Source of the DNA: Eukaryota sp. GEM-RC1
Taxonomy: Eukaryota
Reading direction: 5' to 3'
Length of the DNA stretch: 64,000 nucleotides
Assembly: GCA_040285855.1 (NCBI GenBank)
Contig: JAUFOQ010000006.1
Coordinates: 620,001 to 684,000 of the forward strand
Of this stretch, positions 24,777 to 38,733 are shown piece by piece. The notes under the pieces were generated by a model. That model did not search any database. It was given only the letters and a program-made list of their open reading frames with translations, and was not told the DNA's origin. A program made the translations under genes and the position numbers. How positions within the stretch are numbered: position 1 is the stretch's first letter; every line of letters begins with the position of its first letter.

Positions 24777-26330
24777 TGTTTTAGTGATTGTTGTAATTTT
24801 AGCTAGGTTTAGATTGTGACCATCTTCGTTTGTTGGTCACATCGCTATTATTTGATATTAAATTATTACCGAACGATTAGTTATTTGAGAGACAAAAGGT
24901 CATTTGAATTAGTTACTTTTGCTTTTACTGTCAGTTTGTAAGTTTCCAATAAACAGTGTACGACAAGAACAGTGGTAAAAACCAAAACACTGAACTGTTT
25001 TAACATACCAGTACTTGATCGTGGTATTTCCCCTTTACAATGGCTCCTGATGCAACTGAGGAGTTTCAGTTGTCTGTTGATCGGAGCGCTCAATGCAACT
25101 TTAGACCAAGATTGATTTGTTTCAGACAATATTGAATATTTCTATTTATATATTTATATTTAATATATATATTCTAAGTTTTCATTTGTTCCATTTGCGA
25201 TTTCAATTTTTGGTAATATTGATCCAGCCGGTTTAAAGTTTTTCTGTGTTTTTAGTCTTTTATGTCGTTCTAATGGCAAGGTGTTTAATAGTGCTGTAAG
25301 GATCAATCAAATTATGTTCGCTCTTTATAGAAGCATTCCAAAGTATTTATGTTCCATTTATTCGAAGTTGTATAGGGTTAATTCTCGTGTTGATGTGGAG
25401 AATTTAACTTGTTTCATTTTCTGAATTAGTATGTATTAATTTATTGTTGCAAATAAACTCTAATATATTTTGGGTTATGGGTATAATGTTTAAAAGGGTT
25501 AATTGTCAAAACAAAACATATTCCGTAGTGAATCAAGTTTCGATCTGTGACTGACGAAAAGTATGCAACTGGCCTAAGTGAAACTGAAACTGAAGTGAAC
25601 AAATATCATATCAATCATTGAATCAAATATATGAAAAATGGTGAGTCTTATACAATTTAGAATTCGGTTATGTAAATGTCAAATCATTTCACATTTGAGG
25701 GAATTGTTCTATTCACTTTTATGTACGGAATCAAAGTTTACATTTAACACAAAGCATTTTACGGTTTCAAAATACTTGCCCTAATCATCTCCAAAGCTGT
25801 TCGAGCTGTGAGTTCCTATTATGAGGACAAAGCTGTTGTAAGATTTGATAGTGACGAGTGTTGTTTTAATGATATCACGTGTTAGTTTTCTTTAGTATCA
25901 AAGTAGCTGCATTAAATTGGCGAAGACACAATAATATTGTCTTTCCGCCTTTTGTGATATCTTTGAACGGATATTTTTGTTCTTCTACTTAGGAGTTTTT
26001 TATTTGTCGAAGAATTTGGTAAGAAGCTTACCAGGTCGTACGGGAAGAATAAATTTGTTTTTTCGATCCTTAAGTTTATGTACAGTTCTGTTGATTCCAT
26101 TTTGGCCAAGATGTTTGGTGGTAAGTACATTTCATAGTTTGTTTTAATAGTCTCTATGTTTTCAGCTGTTTTCTCGTTGTGTGTTTTCCTTTTTTATTCG
26201 CCCATAAAATCCAGTTATAAATTACAGTTCATAAAAAAGCAATTTACTTTATTATAAATCATTCAAATGGACTAAATAACAACAAATAGGAAAACCACCT
26301 AACATTAACACGTCAACATGTATGTGACAC

Positions 26331-28770
26331 TCACACATCAATGTTGAAATCAGAATCAAAATCCCCAACTGATTCCCCATCTGTCCAATCAAAGTCCGAG
26401 ACAAATGCAGTAGACCTTGATGAGAGACAATCTGACAGGTTAAACTGTTCTAAAGGAGACATACGCTCCTCCTCTTCAAATGAAACGACACTCCTACAAG
26501 ACGAATGAGTTCCAATGGACGGCGGTGCAAGTGCTTTTTCTAGTAATGAATGAAGAGAAGAGTCAGGTTGAAGTGATGGGGATGAGCCATTTAATAACTT
26601 TTCCCTCTCACCAACTACCTCTGGATCCGTTACTGTAATTGAGTCATTGCAAGGACCGTGGATAATCCAAGGATGAGTCATTAATTCATTAGCAGTTGTC
26701 CTAGTTTTAGGTTTCTTATCAAAGATTGAAAGTAACAAGTTTAAAAGCAAAGGATCAATAAACTGGGGAAAAACAGGTTCATCTTTACAGATTTTACGAT
26801 AAACAACCATGACTTGCTGGTCATAGAAAGGAAGTCGTCCAAAGAGCATAAAGTACAATGTCACTCCAGCTGCCCAAACATCAGAAGCTTTCCCTGCTCT
26901 ATCTGTATATCCAGAGACAAGTTCAGGAGCAACGAAAGCTAAAGATCCTGTTAATGCAAAGGAACTTCGGTTGTTTGAAGTGATATCTATGGACACTACA
27001 AAATCAGACAACTTGACATGGCCATCAGTAGTCAAGAGGAGGTTGCTTGGTTTGATATCTCTATGGACAATGTTCAGATCATGAAGATAGTTCATGGCAT
27101 CAATCAAATCACGAAAGTACACCCAGGTAAACAGGTAGAGGTTGACACGTGATATAAGAGTCTGAAACCAAAGAACCACCGGGAACGTACTCTAGAACAA
27201 GATACCGTTTGTTGGTCTCTTCATTTTCAAACGAATTTAATAATTTAACAATATTTGGGTGATTAACTTTCTTCATGAACGAAACTTCGTTCAAATTCAT
27301 CTTTTCTAACATGATTGCATCAGAGGAGATGAATGATTTTGATTTGAGACTGAATGACTTGATTACAACTTTCTTATAAATGGGATGATAGCCAAGAAGA
27401 AGAGTCGTAAGATTAGACCTGGCCAAGGTTTTCAAAATTGTAAAATTATCAAGAGAAATAGGAGTCGGCGATGATTCCCTTGGAAAATCACTAACATGAT
27501 GCTGCTCAGGAATTCTGTTATTTACTGAAGCTAGGGATTTTGTGGATGACCTATGCAAGAGTGTCAATGCAACAAGACGACTGCTATCAAAACATTCAGA
27601 CAATGGTGAATGCCACATCAGCAACGGTGCTGACGTGGCATCCAAAGGAAGGAAGTTGGAATGGCAACAATTTTGGCCTGATGTTGGAAAGCTAATAAAC
27701 AACTTGCACATAAGGAAAATGACAATCATGATGCAAATCTTCCACAAAAGATTGAACTGGAGAATAGAATTAGCAATACAGATAAAGTGTCCCAATAAAC
27801 AGCATACAAAACCAAAGAACAAAATGATGCCAATAATGATGAACAGTTTGAATCCACCATTCCTCATCATTTGAAGATAGCTCTCACAACAGATAGAAAT
27901 GATGATGAACACAAAGACCACTCCAGTGAGCAACCAACAGGATTTGATTGGAAACACAAACATGAGGAGAACGAAAAGAAAAACACTCGAAAAGATGGAG
28001 AAGAGAGCTATACTGGTGTCAGAATTACACTTGGCATGTATTAAAACTCTATTCCCTGAGTAGTCGGCAAACCATAGAGAAGAAAGTAAAGAACCCAAAC
28101 CAGAAAGTTGCTCACCAAATAAAGTTCTGGTAGCTTTCAATACCCACCATCCAATGAACAGTACCATCAAGGCGAAGTAACATAATAGCCAGCTAAAGAT
28201 CTCCAAATGATCAGAGACATTGTTCTTATTAAAGTCTCTTGGACAAAGCTTCTAGATGAGACACAAAACAAGGAAAGGAAAAAAGATCAAGATCCACACT
28301 GAATAATCTCTTATTAATTCATGTTTCCTATCAAATTCACAAAAGAAAAGAGTGGATTGTTCATAAAAACTCCACTCACTTGGACCTAGTATCTCAATAC
28401 AAATCCAGAACTGGAAAAAGATGACGATAACCCATGTCAGCATCTTCTTGATAAATGTAGAAACAGCTGAGATAGAAAGCGTAGAATCAAACATTAGTAG
28501 AAGGTCGTTGTCTGGGGTAATTAGGCAGGTTGACGTCATAATGCCGAGAAAGTTACGACAAGACTACTTGTACCATTTAGAACGTTTACTGTAGTTTAGT
28601 CTACAGTCTACAGTAGAGTGTATCAGTAAAGTCTTCTTAAAAATAGGTAAGAACTGTCGTAGTAAACAGGGTATCATAATCGATAGTAACTTAAGCCACA
28701 CATTCAGATCAGAGTTTTCTTGAGATTGAATTGATGGAGAAAATGAGAAGAGAGTACTAGGGTATGGCAT
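26331..28770 (-). pseudogene. Multi-pass membrane protein fused to a CAMKK-like Ser/Thr kinase; two in-frame TAG stops and a frameshift
   Basis: VVIK, HPNIVKL, LVLEYV, HRDIKPSN, DFV (for DFG), APE and DVWAAG; hydrophobic N-terminal segments; same-frame TAGs at ~28564 and ~28252. Confidence 0.65.
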
Positions 28771-29194
28771 GTAGATGAGAGAACTGACAGTGTACTACTT
28801 TGAGAGTGGGAAAGAAGGAAGGAATCAAAGGATTACGAGTAGGAGTATGAAGGAGAAGTGGCAGACCTTATTGTCGGAGATTTACCAGTTTGTTTTTACC
28901 AGTTGTTTTCAAGAGAAAGAAATGTGAGTGACTTCAGAACTAGCATTCATGTACTGCGGTTTCGGATTATAGATTCTGGATGAATTCGATTGGTTACGAG
29001 GACGTGAAGAACTGTATGGGTTACATGACTTGTGGTTCCAAATTCGAACATGAGATTACAATGATATGATGACAGAACTTCTAAATCTGACGACCTTAAC
29101 TCATCTTATACTTCAAAATAATCAGTAATGAGATCAAAATACATGTATCAATTGTTTTTTGATTGTAAATTGTATATACATATTGAACTATATA

Positions 29195-29902
29195 CAGGGA
29201 TGGGAAATAATGAATTGCCAGTCCAATATTGCCAATCAATAGCAATATTTATTGATTGATCCGCTGTTTTTCAATATCAGTATATTACCAATATTGCCAA
29301 TACAATATGTCTCTAATAAAACAACAAATTTACTTTTTCTTCCCTTACATGCCTGACAACAAAGTCGTTTGTGGCGTCTTTTTAACCCTGCAGTCAACAA
29401 TTGACAGCCAGGACATCTGACAACGTGTGTGCGGAGAGATCCGAAAACGGTAAACTTGGAGTTCATTCCTGCAACTTCTGTTGAAGTGGAAAGATTATTT
29501 TCTCGCATTAGGCTTTGTACGTGCCAAAATCGATTTTGTTTATCGTCATAAAGCCTTGAGCAACAGTTATGGCTGTACTACAATTGAAGTCTTTGGAATG
29601 TGAAAACTACTGGAAGTGCTTGCCAATCCCACTGGTCTGAAGAAGATGAAATCGTTGATGAAGATGGAGTTTAGACTATTTGTTCGGAACAAATTGTTGC
29701 ATTACTTTTGTAGTATAGAAATTCGATAGGTTTTGCATTTGTTTTTTTTAAGTACTAGGAGCATGTCTTTCTTTAATTTAAGTGTATTAACCATACAACC
29801 TGTTTATTGCAATATTGGCAATGTATTGGAGCCGATACTGTATTGATTGGTGAGCTGTCTTCCGATACCAATACATTGCCAATCCAATATTTCCTATCCC
29901 TG
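29195..29902 (+). mobile_element. Non-autonomous hAT element with a transposase C-terminal dimerisation relic
   Basis: TIR CAGGGAT(G/A)GGAAATA; perfect 8-bp TSD ACTATATA; PATSVEVERLFS motif at ~29468; CCAAT repeats. Confidence 0.92.
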
Positions 29903-31315
29903 ACTATATACAAACTGTAGTATTTTTTATGTGTAGTGCTACAGCAAGGTTCCAACAATTTCAGCCATACTTGCAAAATTCCGCCACTCCCAGTAAAAAA
30001 AATACAGCAAACACACTTAATACAGAAAATGCAAAAATGCAAAATAACTCGAACTTAGTCGACTTTAATGAAAGTCAGGGTGAGAACTGTTTCTATTTAA
30101 AAGTGTCAATGACTGTAATTATATGTGTTTCACAACCAAACTAAACATAACAAAACACAAACAATACCAAAACAAATAACAGACATCGACTATTTAGTTT
30201 TCCTCTGTTCTAGTCGGCTGACATTCTAAAACACTTTCCAATCATTTTTACAGATTGAGACTCCTCAAAAACATCAAGAGGATCCATCATTAGACGAGTG
30301 TGTGATAACAATAAATTAATCAAGGGTAACTGCTTATAATTCATCTTCCAATAAAGACAAAGTTGTATATGGTATCATCATTATCATTATCAAAAACAGC
30401 TACAGAACAGTCAAAAACTCTTCTTTAAGTAGTTCCTCAAGAAGGTGATCTTGGATGATCCCTAATTTCATATACTAGTATGCAAACCAGTACTCATACC
30501 TCCATTGGTAGTTAATTACTGAGTTTCACGGAATCAATAGTGTTGCCTGTTTTCTAAAGTTGTAGTATATTAAATTGTAGGCCTAGAGACCTATCCAATG
30601 TTGTGTGTCAAGGACATTTCGGCCTTGTTGACTCTTAATGGTCAAGATACGACCAATTAGCATCTATTATGTTTCAAAAATAAGACCAACACGTAGAAAT
30701 AGAGTAAATTGATCAATACATGGTCATCAAAAGATTCCTGTAGTAGCTTTTCATTCATAAACACACAAAAAACTATCATATTATTTCAGTATAAAGAAAA
30801 ACAAAAAGCACATGAAATACAAAAATACAAAAAATACAGTATATGTATTTTCCAAGTATGATTTGAACCTCTATAAATTCAAGGATCCTCTAATTTCAAA
30901 GTCCGAACAAGGTTGAAATCGCAGGAATATCGAATTAGCTTGGCTATAATTGAGACTCCTGTTTCCAAAGAAATTCACATCTTTCGAAAAAGTGTGTTAG
31001 TAGGATGGAAAGAATTTTAATGAAAGTTATTGGATACGAAGGCTGTCATTGTCCTTCTTCAACGCATTGTTTAGGTGCTTTGATTCGATTTTCGTCTCTT
31101 TGCTTTGAAGCATGAATATAGGACAATGGAGAGGTCGTTGTATGTCCTGTTAATACTGATGATGATCTTGATTTGTATGAGTAAATTAAGGGCGTTTTTA
31201 GGAACCTTACTGTATTAATCACGTTCAATGACTAGCAAGTTAGTGAATGAATCTAATGGTAGATGATACTGAAACTATATATAGAAATTTGTCGAATTTT
31301 ATTGAACAAAGTATA

Positions 31316-34300
31316 TTAACAATTTTCAATGAAATCTCTAATAACTTCTACAGAATCAATGGCTTTTTGTGGTAACATTTGAAGTAACAACATTACAGTT
31401 TGTTCTTCTTCGGACAATTGATTAATCATTGTTCTAAAGATAAAGAAATATTCCAACAAAATGACAACAAGAATAGAAAAGAACACAATTATTGCAAAAT
31501 TTCTGAACTGGTTCAAAAATGATTGACAATCATCCCGATACACTGCTAAAGATTCATATAGCAAAGTTGACAAAGTTCTCGATTGGGAAATTAAATCATG
31601 TAAAAGAGGATTGTTATTATCAATTACTGTATCAAAAGAAGCAAGTTCTCTGGAAATTTGAATGAAATTTTCAAACAAAGCATGAATGCCACTAGATGAG
31701 ATTGAACTGCTTAATGAGAAACCACTATCAAACAACATTGAGTCTTGAATTCCATCAACTCCAATTGAACCTAAAAGTTCATCATCACCAAACAACAATT
31801 GCAAATGTTTTTCTCTTAATTGTTCGGCAATAAATGAAACAATACTTGATTGTAAAGGAGAATCATTGTCAAGTAGAAGCAACGATCCTGCAGTCACACT
31901 CTTGGTCATGATAAACCGTTCTCCAGCTAACCACATGGAATTAACCCTAGGAATAGACTCAAGAGACATAAAGATTGCAAGGTAATAGAAGAGAGAAATT
32001 AAAATAGCCAAGAAAGTAAGAGCCGAAATATACTTGATTTTTAAAATTTTCATAGCTGGAAAGACAAGTTTCTCTCTCACGTGACGTTTCTTATTTGATT
32101 GTTTAGAAAGAGAGAAGTAGAATAGAATAATAGAGAGAGTAATTAAAAAGCAAGCAATCAGAAGAGATGCAATCAATAAAAAGAAATTAGAATTAAAAAC
32201 AAATTCTGATTGTTCAATCAGTTCATCAGTAACAGAGTCAAAAATGTCTTCAATATTGGTCAAGAACTCATGATCAATAGACAAAACGTGATAATAGATA
32301 TCAGAAACAATAATAGACTGAGCCAATCTAATTTGATTGTTGACTGACAGCGACAAATCATGGCTATTGTTGGAGTAAAACGTACTCCAATCAATAAAAT
32401 GAAATCTTGTTTTAAAATTCCAATAATCTGACTCATTTGAAAAATTCCATTCTAATGATCGATCAATAATCATTTCTGGAATGTTGAATCCACTGGAAGC
32501 TAGAGTAATTGCAACATCTTCAATAAATCTAGAATCGGCAAACGCAAACTCTTTAATAGTGTTATAAAAAATTGACAAATTTTCCCAAAATTCTGGGGTG
32601 ATTTCTGAGTTCAAAACCGTTTCAGAATTTTTGAAAAATTGATCAAGAATTTGTCGTCTTGTAGATATTTCATAGTAAGCATTGGTGTCTCCAAATTGAA
32701 CAAATATGGAAACATAATATTCATTAATGATTTCATTGGCTTCAATGGTATCAAAGGAAGAAGAGATTTCTAATTTTCCTGAAATACTTGAAAACAGAGA
32801 CGTAAATGCATTATTCGTGGTAATTACAAAAACAATAGATGCCACCAAAGAAGTTGCAATTAAGATCAAAAATATGAGTGATGGAATCTTGAGGGCAAAA
32901 AATGAATAAAATTTGAAACTCGCAAATATTAAAAAACTTATGAGAAAAACACTTGCAATTAGAACAGTATAGAAGATTGAGGCCCGGGATTGAACTGCAT
33001 CATTTACAGATTCAACTCCTACAGAGACCTCCTCAGATATTTCACTGACAAATTTTAAAATATTTGAAATTCGCTTAAAATCCAAATCCATGTGTCGTCG
33101 ATTAGTAACAATTGATATAGAAAGAGTTCTTAATTCTTCTGGTTCTAGTTGAGAATCTGTTTCTAAAGAAGAATACCAATAATCAATAATAGAATATTCC
33201 AGATCAATCAATTGCCAATCAGTTTCTTTGGTGACGTCATAAGTGATTGAAGCAACATTGGGCATGTCGTAATCAGAATAATTAAAAGCTAATTGCGCGA
33301 TTTTAAAAACAATAAAGTCTTTGTGCTCCATTGTTTCTTGATAGTAATTGAAATTTCCTAAATATTCCATCTACATGGACTCTTTGTAGCGTAGAAAACG
33401 CGTTCGATTGTTCCACTGAATGATAAGACGAAAAATAGCGGTGATAATACCTTAAATCACCTGTACTAGCAAAAGCAACAACACTTTTAGACATTTCTAG
33501 AACATTGAAAAGGAGAACCTCAACACTTTCTGAAATTATTGAAATTTCAGCTGATCGTTCAGTTAAATCGTGCACATGATCAGCTAATTGAAACATCAAT
33601 GAAGAAATTGAAATAATTCCAATTAAAATTAAAAATAGGGAACATAGAATTGCCCAGAACTTCCAACCATTAGATGTTCGTTGTTCCTTTACGATAGTTT
33701 TTTCAGATTTTAGATCAAAATTGGTAATAATTTCTAAATCTATTGCTTCATCCTGACTCCGGTGAGACCTTGGGGAGTCAATAGAAGGTAATTGGAAAGA
33801 GGCACGAGCGTGATCTCCAATCAAATTTTGATTGGTCATGATACTACCAGAGAACTTTTCTTGATCAAGAATTTCAGACACGGAGTCAGGTGGAACATAT
33901 AGGAATAAATTAAAAATTTCGATCTTATTTTGAATAATACCCTGTAAAGTTCTTCCAAACAGGAAAACTCCAATAACGACAACAATAACAAGAGATGCAA
34001 TAATGGAAACGACATTGATTATGACAATCAAACTTAATTGATCAAGAACATGATTTTTTAGACCAGCGGGAAATCCCAAGACTCCATCATAAACTTCTTC
34101 TCTATTTTGAACTAGAAAGAAAACATTAGAATGGTGAGAATCAAGGACATGATCGACTCTTTCAGTTTCATTTCTGCCAAATAGGAAAGCTCTTCTACAG
34201 TAATCAAATGATAGCTCCCATAAGGAAACTATTTCTGATTGGGTGACGTGAGGATATGAAACGGAAGGTGATTCTCTAAAAATGGAAGGTACTATTAATT

Positions 34301-36095
34301 GTTTTAAAACTTCTTGAGAAGTCAAAGCAGGGATATCACTAACGTCACCAATACAATCAAAAGATTGGTGACAATCGGTGAAATAGAACTACCGATCAAC
34401 AATCTTCTAAGATGAAACATCGCGTGTTCTGCTTCTGAAATTACTTCTAATCTTAATTGTTCAACTGAAATACTGAAATTATACCCCAAAATTGAATTTG
34501 ACAAAGAAGTGATTGGACTGTGACGTCCTGTAGAGCTCCACCATAGTGATCAGCTTCAAATAAATAGGAAAATTGTTCTGAAATTGATTGAACATCAGTA
34601 ATTAATTGAACAAATGAGAAAATACAAATAACAATAAGAATAATCAAGGCAATATGAACACTAACTCGAAGTTTCTCAGCACTGGAAGCATTTTCACTAG
34701 ACCTATCACTGCCTAAATAAAGAAGAATTGATTGGCCTTTTCTTCTTCTTTTAGACTTTCTTTTTTTGTTCCTGGCACTCGTGAATGATTTCCCAGTCAC
34801 TGATTGATCAACGCTTGATTGATCCCCAGCTGAGGATTGACGGTCAGAATCGGCAAGTTCCATTTGAGTGAGTAAGGAGTCTGCAAACTCATCGTCGAGT
34901 GTAATTTCCCTTACAAATTTGGAATAAGCTTCAAGAACTTCTTTATTACCAGGATGTTGACGAAGAAGCTTTGTAAAGTAAGATTCCGCTTCAGTTTTAC
35001 TTTGATAAAATTTTTCAGCAATTGATGGTAAATTGGTCAAAGTAATTTGAGATTGATCATCCACAAGTAATTGTTTCCAAAAAACGCTCAAAAAATCAAG
35101 ACAATCTTTGTGGAGATCAATGGCAATTTTTAACTGTCGTTGTAGAACAAGGAAAGAGCTAGAATCAAGAGATTGACCAGTTGATTGTTCTCTTCTTAGA
35201 TTGTCTGCCATCTTTTTGATTGGAAAAGAAAAAATCATAATTCAATCGGATATCAATTTCTAATTGAGTGACTTGATTGACAATCGAGAGTGATGCGATC
35301 GGATCCTTTCCATAACAGAGCTCAAAAATAGATTTACATAAGTAAACGTGAACTGAAGTTGGAAACTTTTCGATTGCAAAGTCAAAAAACGATCGATGAA
35401 ACGAAATATCTTGTTCTAAAACCGACCCTTTTTGATAGATTGGTCGAATATAGAGCTCAGATTGATACGGATCACTTAACAACCGATCAAAAACAGCAAC
35501 TCTACGTTCTTCACAAGACGTGAGATCACCACCTTCCTCTTCTGTTTCAGGAGGGCTCACAGGAGTTGTGAAACCAAACTTCCAAAATGAAGATTGACTA
35601 GGCAAAAGACCCAAGCTTCTAGGTAAAACAAAAAGTTTAAGTGTCAAATATTTTCGAAATATTGTAGCCACGACAGACCCAGCAACAAGGGGAACGACAT
35701 AAACAACAAAAGTTCCAAGCCAAAGATGAACATTAAATCCAATAATTTCAAATATAAACCAAATACATGAAATACTCAAATAACTTGTACAAAGGAAAGC
35801 CATTAATGTATTAGCTCGTATTCTAAAAAAAGGAGAATGTTTAACGAGAGTAAAAAGAAGAAAAACACCAGAAAGAGGAAAAGAAATGGGTAAAAACAAT
35901 GGGCAAATGATCAAACAAAGTCAACGAGATAGCAAGAAATACCTTGATCAAGAGCAGATAAATCAAAAATCTTCGATCAAGGGAGGCGAACAATCTTTTA
36001 GATGTAGGAAGAATCTCAGTAAACATGGAAGTTCTAATTAAAGAAGTAATAAAGATAATAGACCAAGAAAACAGAAATAATGCTTTAACAAACAC
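31316..36095 (-). CDS. TmcB/TmcC-like large multi-pass membrane protein (about five frameshifts; 5' end cut off by a retroelement)
   Basis: Colinear ORFs with many TM helices, a TPR-like YFTKLLRQHPGNKEVLEAYSKFVREI segment, and repeated LFLYVP/LLQMLP coiled-coil ends. Confidence 0.65.
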
Positions 36096-36099
36096 GTTT

Positions 36100-37320
36100 T
36101 GAGTAGACCAATTTTGTCCAAACTATTGGATAATTCTTGAAAATTTTAAGAACATTCCCAAGCCAGCATCCTAGAAAACGAAAAGCATCTTCAACATAAT
36201 TGATCAATAAATGGAATCTGAACTCCATTAATTAATAATTCTTGTGCAGATCTACCAATTAATAAACATTTGTCTGGGTTCAGAGATAAACCCAATGTTT
36301 CATAAATATCAGCCACTTCCACAGCGACTTTTTTTAACAATTCAAGGGGACCAATAATAGAAATATCTCCAGATCCATATAGCCAACTATCTTAAGGTCT
36401 GTGTATTTTTTTAAGATACACAAAAGCGAATCATGAATAGCCAAACAAAAGAAAAGAGGACCAAGAGGATCTCCTTGTTTAACACCAGACATAGATTTCA
36501 ATGAATATCAATCATAAATTAAATCGCTTGGTTTTCCATAAAATAATAACAGTAGGACGTCAACTCAGGAAAGTCTTTTCAATAGCAGCAAAAACAGATT
36601 TACGACTAACTGAATTATAGGCATTTTAAAAATCAAGATTAAAAATGAAATTATCATCATGTGAATTGAAGAACAAATCTGATGTTAAGGCACCAACAGA
36701 AGCCCCGTCAATTGTCTTAATTGCAAATTGAAATGGAGACAAAAAGCGACCCGCTTTATCGAACACTCGATTAAACACAATTGATGCGAATAAACGAGAA
36801 ATTGATTCTCCAACTGCAATTGGACGGATTCCATCAGGCTTAATTCCGTTACCTGGTTTTACTAAAGCAATAAGTCGAGCAGCAGTCAATTCAATTGGAG
36901 GAATAACTTTCAAACAAACCATCTGCTGAAAGTAATTTGCAAGATCTTAAGAAATTTCTGGAGCTGCCTTGCAAGCAGCTTTCAACAAATCAAATGAAAT
37001 GCCTGAAGGTCCAGCTGCTTTACCTTTAGGAAGTCTAGCAATAGCACTTGAAGCTTCAGTTGGGAAAATAGGATTATCAATCCAGAATTGACAAATTTGA
37101 GGTTTAACGCACAAAAACTCTTCTTTTGGATGCAATTTGACCCCTTTCTGAACCGTTTCAGAATTTGGAATAGCCATTGCTGAAGAAAAGAGGACTTAAC
37201 TCCAGAACCATAACGACCACGAAGACATAATTTCCGGACCACCTTACTGTTGGAAAATGATTTAGCTCATTCAGAACTTGATTTCCTTAACATCATTTGC
37301 AAAAATAGGATTGCACATAC
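36100..37320 (-). mobile_element. Degenerate non-LTR (CRE-like) reverse transcriptase
   Basis: GKAAGPSG, ARLIALVKP, IRPIAVGE, QFAI, FNLDF..AYNSVSR and GVKQGDPLGP motifs across broken frames. Confidence 0.85.
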
Positions 37321-37714
37321 TACACACTCTTCACAACAATTAGTCTGGATCAGACTAATTATGAATATTCACATTTGAACAAAAATCCCAAACAAAAATA
37401 TTTTCATTGTAGGAAGGTTAGCTTATTCGGTGCCGAATAAAAAGTACATGTATATATCTTTTCATTGATCATCAAATCTTGCTATTTCTTCGTAAATGTT
37501 ATGTTGTACATCAGGATCGTTGTTTGCACCTTAAATAGAGGTATAAGACCAAAGAAATTCAGAAACAGGACTGATCAGCTATCAAATTGCCTCTTCAAAA
37601 TTGATTAGTGACCGAATTGTCTTTCAAGGAAGTGCGAACAATGTATGACATGGATTGTTGGCAATTCAACAACAGTCTAGGAAGAAAAATGAAAGAAATG
37701 GCTGTATGACTCAT

Positions 37715-38449
37715 CAGGGATAGGAATTATTGGATTGACAATATACTGGTATTGGAAAACAGCTCACCAGTCAATTCAGTACAGGCTCCAATATATTGCC
37801 AATATTGCAATGTGTATAGATCGTACGTTAATACACTTAAATTAAATTAATTTATTTATAAATTAAGAAAGATATACTCCTAGTACTTAAAAGATATCAA
37901 ATGCAAAACGTATCTAAACATTAATGCAACAATTTATTACGAACAAATAGTCTAACCTCCATCTCCATCAACGATTTCGTCTTCTTCAGAACAGTGAAAC
38001 TGGCAAGCAATTCTAATAGTTTTCACATTCCAGAGATTTCTACTGTAGTGCAACCATAACTATTGATCACGACTTTCTGACGATAAACAAAATCGATCTT
38101 GGCCCGTACAAAGCTGAATGTGAAAAATAATCTTTCCACTTCAACAGAAGTTGCAGGAATGAACTCCAAGTTTTCCGTTTTCGGATCTCTCCGCACACAC
38201 ATATCCAGGTTTCCTAGCTGTCATTTGTTGACTGCAGGGTACAAAAGACCCCACAAACGACTGTTGTCAGGTATGTAAGGGAAGAAATAGTACATTTGGT
38301 ATTTTATTAGAGACGTACTGTATTGGTAATATTGGCAATACATTGATATTGAATAACAGAGGATCAATCAATATGTAGATTAGTAATATTAAAATTATAT
38401 TATTATTTTTGGTAATATTGGATTGGCAATTCAATATTTCCCATCTCCG
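37715..38449 (-). mobile_element. Second, inverted and diverged copy of the 29195 hAT element
   Basis: Starts CAGGGATAGGAA; the reverse complement aligns with 29195-29902, including the PATSVEVER relic at ~38135-38160. Confidence 0.8.
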
Positions 38450-38486
38450 TGGATGACACAGTTTAATTGAATTTTTTACAAATGTT

Positions 38487-38615
38487 GTGTTACATATCTT
38501 GTATTACATATCTTGTATTACACATCTTGTGTTACAGATCTAGTGTTACAGATCTTGTATTACAAATCTTGTATTACAAATCTTGTAAAACACATCTTGT
38601 GTTACACATCTTGTG
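38487..38615 (+). repeat. 14-bp tandem repeat (GT[AG]TTACANATCTT), ~9 copies, upstream of the secreted Cys-rich gene
   Basis: Read directly from the sequence. Confidence 0.85.
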
Positions 38616-38733
38616 ACAACTAAAAGACAATAGATAGTGACAATAGACTGGCATAAGTGACTTAACTTTATGAACAAAAGAAAAACATAATGAATCACGC
38701 TTTCTTACCTAAATCTTGCTCATCCCCACTATC

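Noticed and set aside
29903..31300. Short ORFs and possible transposase relics
   Set aside because: Too degenerate to assign by eye.
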